Shown here one piece after another: positions 55,868 through 64,000 of a DNA stretch of 64,000 nt. The notes under the pieces were generated by a model. That model saw only the letters and a program-made list of their open reading frames with translations, was not told where the DNA came from and did no database searches. This DNA is from Massalongia carnosa (lineage: Eukaryota), in the NCBI GenBank assembly GCA_965645245.1, contig OZ287069.1, forward strand, positions 1,364,001 through 1,428,000, in the 5' to 3' direction. A program made the translations under genes and the position numbers. Position 1 is the first letter of the stretch. Each line of letters opens with the position of its first letter.

Positions 55868-57195
55868 ACCGCATTTATAACTCAATCTATCACGTGATGA
55901 AACGAACGGTGGTAAAGCGGACTTTATCGCGGTCAGGTGACTCGCGATCTAAAGCGGAGGGTAGTGTCACGATTCCACCTTTCGCCTTTAGGAGCTAAAC
56001 CTAATCGAGCACCTACGGGTCGGATAACGAGATTCACGAGATAGCGCGGAAAACTCTTTCGCGACCGTACTGCATGAGGGCAAGGGAACGCGTTGGTATA
56101 TAGGGACGGGTCAGACCTTTCGAGTCTTTCTTTTCTCTTCATCTTTATTGTTTTCGTTCATGGCGTCCCTATGACTAGCCTCTAGGTAGACCGTAACAAC
56201 CGCTTTCAAATAGTCTTCCAAATAGCCTCCCAAATAGCCTTCCAGATATTCTGCTTAGCTATCGAATAATATCCCAAATAGCCTCCCAAATAGCTTTCCA
56301 ATTAGCCTCCCAAATAGTCTCCCAGATAATCTCCGCTGCTTTTCAAATAGCCTTTCAAATAGTCTCCTAAATAGTTTCCCAAATAGCTATCAGATAGCCT
56401 CTTGAATAGCCTCAATATCTATCTCCCTCGTTATCAATTTTCTTTTTCCGCCGCTTTTCGCATAGCTTCTTTACCTTCTTGGTCTCGTGCATCTTGAATT
56501 CGTCTATTTTCTCGAAGCTGTCGATAATGAGACACTCTAGAAGCGTAAAATTAATCTATTCCGTTTTCTCCCTTCCAACCCGATTTTCTATTATATGTCG
56601 TTTGACGTGATTATAAGCTCGTCCGTCTCGAGTCTTATCTATATCATCGTCAATTTTTTTCGTCAAAGTATCTTCCGTTAATATTCCTGTATCGAGTTCA
56701 CGTTGATATTCAGCGGTAAAAGGAGCTGCGATGAAAAGGCTAGGATAAAAAGAGCTGCGATGATAGGTAAATAACACGAAAAGCACCGTAAACCCAATCG
56801 AGTCCGCGCTAAATCTTTTATGGACGATTTCAAAGAAAAATTGATACTTCGCAAAGAGACCTCCTCCCCCCACCGCAAACGGGCGAAATAGCACGAAAGT
56901 TTCGAGATATCGACTATTGTTGATGTGATTAGTAGGTCTGCAAAGTTTTACGATATCATACGATGAAATGCATGCTCGCAATGAGGTGCCTCTTTTTGGT
57001 CCTTTCCGTACGGCGTCCTCTCCGCATTATTTGATAACTCAATACTGTTCCGCAAGCCGCGTTCCCTTTTTCGGGTTAAACCTAACCGCATGAGGTTGGA
57101 TCTAACCGAATGAGGTAGTGTTGCCAAAAGTAGCAGGGGAACTCTTTCAGTACTATATAGATTCGGAGTTGTGTGGCAAGGTGGCGTCGTGTTAA

Positions 57196-57295
57196 CCTCG
57201 ACGGCTGCGACTAAGTACTACGGCCTGGCTTATGCTAGTTAATCCCGCAACCGCCGTAGGCGATCACGTATCCTTCTAGCGCCATCAGTACTACA
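57196..57295. mobile_element. Diverged terminal fragment of the 1030-bp LTR family
   Basis: Shares GCTAGTTAATCCCGCAACCGCC.TAGGCGATCACGTATCC.TCTAGCGCCATC with 22140-22201 and ends in ACA. Confidence 0.7.
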
Positions 57296-57308
57296 ATCAT
57301 CCTCAGAA

Positions 57309-58042
57309 CTGAAAAATAAATCGCTTTTGCAAAAGTTATGGTGGTTTAAAGATGAAAAGGCCAGAAATATTGCGCCCGAAGGTCAGAAAGTAAACCGAAA
57401 ATCAGACAGTTATGCTCTATCATCTACCCCACAGTCACCATAGAGTAACTACCGTGTGCCTATAATTTATTTGCTGATAGAGGTCACTAAGCGGACTCGA
57501 ATGGCGCAAAAATAAACAAAAACGGGTCGCTTTTGCAAAAGTTATGGTAGATGAAAGTTGAAATTTCGATCTACCTTAACGGGCGCAATTTAACTGATCT
57601 TTCATCTTTCATCCACCAAAAATTTTGCAAAAGCGACTCGTTTTTGATCATTTTTGCGATATTCGAGTCCGCTTAGTTACCTCTATCAGTAGGTAAATTA
57701 TGAGCACACAGTAGTTACTCTATGGTGACTGTAGTGCAGAGGATAGAGTAGAACTATCTGCTTTTCTGTTCACTTTTTAACATTCGGGCGCAATATTTCT
57801 GACCTTTTCACCTTCAAACTGTGAACCTAAGTGATGATCTTAGGTGGTGGCTCAGGGACCTAAGGGATAGCATGGCCTTATTAGGCCTAGTGTGGGCTAG
57901 CTCGCATATAATGTAATATTAGCTACTGAGACAGAGCTTTCCTTCTAGACATTCATATTATCAAGAGTTTACCTCTATTCACAAACCTCATTAGGTTCAA
58001 TACAAACCACCACAACTTCTGCAAAAGCGCTTCGTTTTTCAG
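57309..58042. mobile_element. Foldback MITE with ~250-bp imperfect inverted arms (IR/DR layout)
   Basis: ~57309-57560 is the reverse complement of ~57600-57819 plus 58003-58042. TCGCTTTTGCAAAAGTTATGGT occurs at both ends of the left arm and, in diverged inverted form, at both ends of the right arm. Confidence 0.75.
57820..58002. mobile_element. 183-bp solo LTR within the foldback arm
   Basis: TSD CAAAC (57815-57819, 58003-58007). Termini TGTGAACCTAA...TTAGGTTCAATA. Confidence 0.78.
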
Positions 58043-58784
58043 TATTCTTAAACCATCTGAATGCGCCTGATGTGGTCTATAATAAGGTAAATTATATATG
58101 TAGGGTAGTTTATAAATGGTAATGTAGATGAAGGTGAAGATGATAAACTATTTAATGTTCATTATTTTGACGCTAGTAGATAAGCGGCCGGATTAAACCC
58201 GATAGACTGACCACCTAGGGTTCGGGCAGCTATGCCCGATTTTTCTAGCCCTTTCGGGAACCGAAATATATTTCGGATATTCAAGTTTGTCCGAAACTCG
58301 ACCCGATGACCAACCTAAAAATTGCGCAAAAATTGTTGTTTTTATTAATAACGAAATTATATAAACGTTTATATTGAAGAAGGGTAGTCGTGCGTGCTAA
58401 TGGAAGGTGGTGGTACGTGATGATAGATTGCGAACTGAGCAGTAAACATACACACATATAAATGTCTGAATAGACCTACGACTGCATAGACATAAAAAGA
58501 ACTCGACGACTGAACGACTGAGCGACTAGTTGATGCACGAAATGAACGTTTGTCGATGACTACGTGACACGACGATGATGATGACAGCGTAGGTGATAGA
58601 AGATGATGTCCGGAGATGATGAAGAAAACGCCAGCAAAAAACCCGTTTTATCTCCACAGGCCTGCCATTTCACCTGACCATAGATGACACATGTCGCTCT
58701 ACTATAATATCTATCAGGGGAGGGCTGGAGAGATACAAGACTCTATCTTGCAGAACGGATATCTAGATATTTTGAAACTAGAAG

Positions 58785-59230
58785 TACGCCGCGCAACGGG
58801 TCGGGCTGGGTCGAGTTTTGTCTTGTCGAACCCGACCCGCTACCAGGTTGGAGAACCTGTAGGGCTCAACCCGGTGGGTTGGGGAACCGTTCCTGGGTTA
58901 ACCCGCTTGACCCGTTCGACTCAGTTAATTTTTTACATCAATTTTAAACGTGTTTTTAGACGTTTTAAACATATTTGGAAATTCTGAAAATTTTGAAAAT
59001 TAGTCATTAAGAAAGAATGATTAGTAAGCAAAAATTTTATCACTTTAAACGTCATATTTTCGTCGAATTTTCATATTAAATTTGCAGAAAAAACTGACCG
59101 GGTTGAACGGTTTAACCCGGAAACCCGCATAAAAAACCCGAACCCGTCGGGTCGGGTTCGAGGGGGTCCAACTCGACCCGAAAATCCGACCTAAACCCGA
59201 CGGGTTTAACACAACCCGTTATGCGGCGTA
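58785..59230. mobile_element. hAT-type MITE (446 bp)
   Basis: 8-bp TSD ACTAGAAG (58777-58784, 59231-59238). 17-bp TIR TACGCCGCGCAACGGGT (15/17 match). Many AACCCG/CGGGTT subterminal motifs. The empty site is present in the sister LTR near 60641. Confidence 0.88.
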
Positions 59231-59420
59231 ACTAGAAGTTGAAAATAATACACAAGACGTCCGATAAAGAGCTCTTAATACCTGGGAAACTATATAGACT
59301 TTATAGCCATGGCTTTCAACTCTCCTATTCTCAACTTGCCCTATCTCTGTTCCTATACTAATTTCCTTAACACGATTGCTTTGACCTATCCCGCCTTTAT
59401 CTGTGCTGAAGCATTCTCAG

Positions 59421-59671
59421 TGTCACGATTCTATACGGCACGACCTCGGCACTCGGCACCGCCTAGGGTAAGCATAGATGGAACATGCAGATATTTTCGA
59501 TTTCGTTCCCGCAGCTACTAGAAGATTCTATGACGACTATACCATATGGGTACTAGCGCAGTAGAGCATATATAGGAGCAGGTTCTAGTTGTCGATGGTC
59601 TTTTTCCTTCTTTATCTTGACTGTATTCGTTTCTAGTGTCCCTATGACTTGTCTCTAGGTAGATCATAACA
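59421..59671 (+). mobile_element. 251-bp chromovirus solo LTR
   Basis: TG..CA termini and TSD CTCAG. The 3' ~60 bp match the LTR of the element at 11396-17351, the 5' part does not. Confidence 0.85.
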
Positions 59672-60248
59672 CTCAGTCATAAACCTGGATAGTAGATACG
59701 TTGAGATTGGATACGGATTATAGGAGATTGATAGTGCGCTGAGGGCGGCAGAAGAACGCCTGAGCACGATAGGTGAGGTTTCACAGCAATGGGCCCTGTT
59801 AAATACTAACCCGATCAGGACAAGCGGGAGGGTGCGAAGCGATTCTGTAACAGTATCGTATTATGCATTGCAATTGAAAACAAATGTATTTTATTCTTTT
59901 GCATTTTTCTTGAGGCATAAATCTCAAAAATAAAAGAAAAATGATCGATCAAAACGAGTTCGATGACGCGAAAATCGAGATTGAGTTCAAGAACGGTAAA
60001 CGTTATATTAATCCAAAAAATATTGATAGGCGAAGAAACATATCAACGAATATTTGAAAAAAAAATTTCCGAGCTACCAATATCGCTCGGTTCACCTCGT
60101 TTAGTGCTAGCCAGCTATACTACCCAACTCAGCCTACTCATTTACATATATCAGGGTTTTTTCCAACAATTTTTTTAAGTTTATCCGAACAACGGGAATA
60201 TATTATAATGTCTGCGGCTACTATATTTAATTGTCTGGCAGTTCTAGG

Positions 60249-60529
60249 TATCACGGTTCTACTCGGCACTACTTCGGTAGACCGGAGCGGAACAAGCTAC
60301 AAGCCGAAGTCACGGGATCGCGTGTGCGCGCTAGACTCATCACGGCATTCACGGTTTCCATAGCTGGTCAATGCTCAAACCTTCTAGATCCTTCCACGAG
60401 TCGAATGAGGGCTAGGGGCCGCTGGACTATATAGGGGCGAGATTTGTCTTTCAATTGTTCTTTTCTTCTTCATCTTGATTGTATTCGTTTCTAGTGTCCC
60501 TATGACTTGTCTCTAGGTAGATCATAAGA
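60249..60529 (+). mobile_element. 281-bp solo LTR of the 11396-17351 chromovirus family
   Basis: Reverse complement of 11396-11676 with scattered substitutions. TSD CTAGG. Termini mutated to TA...GA. Confidence 0.9.
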
Positions 60530-60576
60530 CTAGGGCTCTCTTGTAATGATTAAATCGACAAAGATAGGGTAGTCTC

Positions 60577-61000
60577 TGTCAGGGGAGGGCTGGAGAGATA
60601 CAAGACTCTATCTTGCAGAACGGATATCTAGATATGCTAAAACTAGAAGTTGAGAATAATACACAAGACGTCCGATGAAGAGCTCTAAACACCTGGGAAA
60701 CCACATAGACTTTATAGCTATGGCTTTCAACTCTCCTATTCTCGACTTGCCCCGTCTCTGTTCCTGTACTAATTTCCTTAACATGATTGCTTTGACCTAT
60801 CCCGCCTTTATCTGTGCTGAAGCACTCTCAGTCATAAGCCTGGATAGTGGAGACGTTGAGATTGGATACGGATTGTAGGAGATTGATAGTGCGCTGAGGG
60901 CGGCAGAAGAACGCCTGAGCACGATGGATGACAGCAATGGGCCCTGTTAAATACTAACCCGATCAGGACAAGCGGGAGGGTGCGAAGCGATTCCGTGACA
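60577..61000. mobile_element. 424-bp LTR, sister of 58712-59852, no matching TSD
   Basis: TGTCA...TGACA termini. Purine-rich tract upstream (AAAGATAGGGTAG), so possibly a 3' LTR remnant. Confidence 0.75.
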
Positions 61001-61156
61001 CATATAGAGTTCACGGCTAGTGTCCACAGGAGTTCGCCTTACTGTGGTATCCGGCAAGTTTTTTGTTAGCGCGGTACATACAGGGGTGTGGAAAAGCCAA
61101 GTTTTTAGTCAATTTTACATGTATCCACCAATCAAACTCATTCAATATTTAGTATG

Positions 61157-62118
61157 TGTCAAAGTGGCCATTACTAAGCGAGCTCGGCCCTCAGCCCTGT
61201 CACTCTGTATATAGTCATCTCCCTTTTCTGTAGTAGCAAGCAAGGTCTTCGCCCATCATCATCTATCTGACAGTTATGAGCCCGGTTGGTCAGCAGTGTT
61301 CCGTACACGTTCCGCTACCCTCATTTGATAGATAGAAAGAAGCCTTCCTTCACGATAGCTTGGCGGAAGCTATTGTGTCGTAAGCCATGTCATCCTTCTT
61401 ATTCATCACATCAGCCAGATACAACCACGAAGCAGATACGGGTCGAATAAGCAGACACAAGCCAGAGCCGACACGGGCCAGAGCAGAAACGAGCTGACAT
61501 CGAGGGACAACGAGCGGGGACGTCAAGCGGAAACGAGTCGGACACGAAGCAGAAACGAGCCATAGAGCAGAAACGAGCGGGACACGAGACAGAAACGAGC
61601 GAGATGTCGGGCAGAAACGAGACGATTACGATAAAGAAGAAGATGACACCACATCGAGCCTACGAAGGAGACGATCAATCAAAAAGCCCTTCGTGCAGGC
61701 CAGCATTTATGGCTTAGCATCCACAAAGTAGCTACACTTCGGCCCCATCGAGGGGTTCTCACTAGCTCAGCCTGCGAAGGAGATTCAATCAAACAATCTT
61801 CAGCAAAAAGCCCTATCTGCTACGTCCGCGGTAGGCAAACGTCCATAGTACTCTTCCCATCCACCCACGAGGTCTACGAATGAGTGGTGGTTGTGGGTTT
61901 AATGAGGCTACAAAGCAGGACAACATCGTCGAGGAAGAAACTACACGGTCAAGGGATGCTCAATGTCAAGGTGACAGCAAGGCCGACCTTCGCTCGAAGG
62001 GGTGTGTCAAAGTGGCCATTACTAAGCGAGCTCGGCCCTCAGCCCTGTCACTCTGTATAGTCATCTCCCTTTTCTGTAGTAGCAAGCAAGGTCTTCGCCC
62101 ATCATCATCTATCTGACA
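61157..62118 (+). mobile_element. TRIM-like non-coding miniature LTR retroelement (962 bp)
   Basis: LTRs at 61157-61272 and 62005-62118 differ by a 2-bp indel. PBS GTTATGAGCCC at 61273. PPT GAAGGGG before the 3' LTR. No retroelement ORF inside. TSD not matched. Confidence 0.82.
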
Positions 62119-64000
62119 ACCAAATACCCTTGTACTGCCGTCGTTTTATTGCTATATGCAAACAACTCCCCGAAGGGAAAAGACTTGATAGCTACACACA
62201 ATGTTCGTGGTTCATTCATGGATTACCAGAGAACTTGCGCCTAGAGCTTTTCATGAGATACAACATTGATCTGGAGAGTGAGGAACCTATGGACCTCGAT
62301 GTCCTGGTCCGGAACACGATGACCCTAGCCACCGTGCGTCAGCGTGTAAAGGAGATAATGGGAGCCGGTCGGCAACAAAAGAATATCAGTGCGTTGGTGG
62401 AGGATTATGGACGGGCTGCTAGCAAGCAGGCAGTGTCCCCTCCTATCTCTTCCCTTATGCAGCCGCCTGTGGCTCCTCCGGCGTTGGATACCAAGACGAT
62501 TATGAATAATGCTATTGAGGAAATTACTCACGGTGTCAAGGACATGATGTTGTCCACTGTGACTGCGGTGACATCTAATATACAAAACAACATGATACAA
62601 CTCCCATCAGCAGCCCCGTACCAACATCGGTCATACCAACCTCCTCCACACCAGCACAGTTCTCATCCTCCTGATGCAATGGCAGGACCGTCGTCGTCGC
62701 AAACCCAGGATGTACCCGCTTCCTTGATACCTCCCCAAGCACAGCCAAACCAAGCTATGAATAACTATGGGACTACAAACAATTCCCGATGCAACTATTG
62801 TTGGTCTACTGAACATAATCGTCGGTGGCAGTGTCCTGACTATAGAACTGACATCAGCAATAATCGTATCCATTTGAACTTTGAGGGACGAATTTGGTTG
62901 GTCCACCGAATCCAGGAGCACGACCGGTACAAATGAGAATGGATCGTTCCCAGAAACAGTGTGTGGCTGAGTCCGAACAGCTTAGATACTCCGCTCCTGC
63001 TGCTGCTGTAGAGGCTATCACTGTGCGTCTTGGGGAACTTGAGCCCGATGAGATATCCAGTGATGAAGAAAGTTGGGACGAAAAAGAATTTGGTCTTTGC
63101 ATGGTGGAACACCGAGTGAATAGTAGCAAGGAGGCTATAGTGAATGCCGCCCGTGTTAACGAGAAAGAGCATCCAGTTTCCCCTAAGTTTCATGAACCTA
63201 CAAAACGTATCTTGAAGCGTAAGGCCGAGAAGGAAGAAAAATACCAGTGACCGCCAAAAGTTTAGAGGAAAATAAAGATATGGAAGAGGCAGAAGAGTTT
63301 GTAAGTTACCATAATGGTGTGTGCCGGAGGTTGTACCCAAGAAGAAAAATGTGACGTTGGTGGAAAAAAAAAAAAAGACCGAACAAGAAGATCCTACTCC
63401 GTCTGGAACCAAGGTGATTGAAAAGAGCGAGCAAAAAGAGAAACCCCCTAAAGCGGTCCGTTTACCTGAGTTAATGAAGGCTGACCTGGACGATGAAGCT
63501 CTGATAAAAAAGCTGACTGAGATACCTTTAACCTTGGCCTTGTCTGAGCTATGGACTATATCTCCCCGAGTTAGAGAGCTTTTTTCTAAGCCTATAAGGT
63601 ATGCGAAGACTCCAGTTGCTAGAGTAAACTCTCTTGGCGTTCAGGACAATACCATTATGGGTAGCAGTCGAGTTTCGAAGTTCTGGTACTCTCTCTCTCT
63701 ACCCCAAAAGCCCCGGTACGACTAGAAGGTTCTCTTAAATGTGTTGCACTTCTAGATTCGAGTGCTAAGGTAAATGTTATGACCTCTAAACTTATGCATC
63801 AAGCCGGACTATGTTGGAGACCTTCTCCCCATATTGGTTTAGTTTCTCATACTGGACATCGTAAGCACTTTGATGGAGTATGCGAAGAAGTAGAGGTCAA
63901 CATAGGTGGCCTCAGGACCTTTCAGCAAGTGTTTGTTGTGGACTCCGCCGATCATCAGCTTGTTTTGGGTTCGCCTTTCTTATGTTTGACTGAGCTAAAG
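62119..64000 (+). pseudogene. Decayed Ty3/gypsy gag-protease, 5'-truncated, running off the window end
   Basis: WFIHGLP, knuckle-like CNYCWSTEHNRRWQC, protease-like VALLDSSAKVNVM (~63745) and LVLGSPFL, with several frameshifts and stops. Confidence 0.75.

Larger units (their letters stand above)
50334..56198 (+). mobile_element. Ty3/gypsy chromovirus, full length, ORFs intact
   Basis: 234-bp LTRs at 50334-50567 and 55965-56198, no difference seen. TSD ACCGC. PPT GGAGGGTAG. Confidence 0.96.
50267..56415. repeat. Degenerate 12-bp minisatellite (CAAATAGCCTCC) at 50267-50333 and 56204-56415, split by a gypsy insertion
   Basis: Repeated CAAATAGCCTYC units on both sides of the element at 50334-56198. 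Confidence 0.75.
58712..59852. mobile_element. Solo LTR carrying two nested insertions
   Basis: After removing 58785-59230 and 59421-59671 it aligns with 60577-61000. TSD ATATC/GTATC (one mismatch). Confidence 0.8.

Noticed and set aside
61127..61131. ACCAA upstream of the TRIM as a displaced TSD
   Set aside because: It lies 25 bp from the LTR and joining the flanks does not restore a gag-like frame. Likely chance.

Overview
Eukaryotic, almost certainly fungal (ascomycete-type) DNA: short GT-AG introns and fungal transposon families. The window is a dense nest of transposable elements with one apparent host gene. Left third: a DD34E Tc1/IS630 transposase with a convergent, decayed partner ORF, then a 22.5-kb Mutator-like element (2658-25197, 9-bp TSD). 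The MULE contains a solo LTR, a Ty1/copia element, and a pogo/Fot1 element inserted in its right TIR. The pogo element in turn holds a chromoviral Ty3/gypsy element, an RT-less copia and two independent 1030-bp solo LTRs. Middle: a decayed chromovirus, a decayed copia, a second pogo remnant, and a copia remnant carrying a LINE 3' fragment. A five-exon gene for a secreted, probably GPI-anchored protein lies at 42244-43673. Right third: two ORF-intact chromoviruses, a foldback MITE, a hAT-type MITE, several solo LTRs, a 962-bp TRIM-like element and a decayed gypsy gag-protease running off the window. Most boundaries were resolved by eye from TSDs and terminal repeats. Main points of interest: covarying self-priming PBS and -1 frameshift signals in four chromoviruses, a shared Ty5-type half-tRNA PBS linking autonomous and non-autonomous copia elements, TG..TA LTR ends, an asymmetric 18-bp array in a pogo TIR, and a possible two-gene Tc1 element. 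No CRISPR, rRNA or tRNA genes were seen. No database searches were run, so family assignments rest on recognised motifs.
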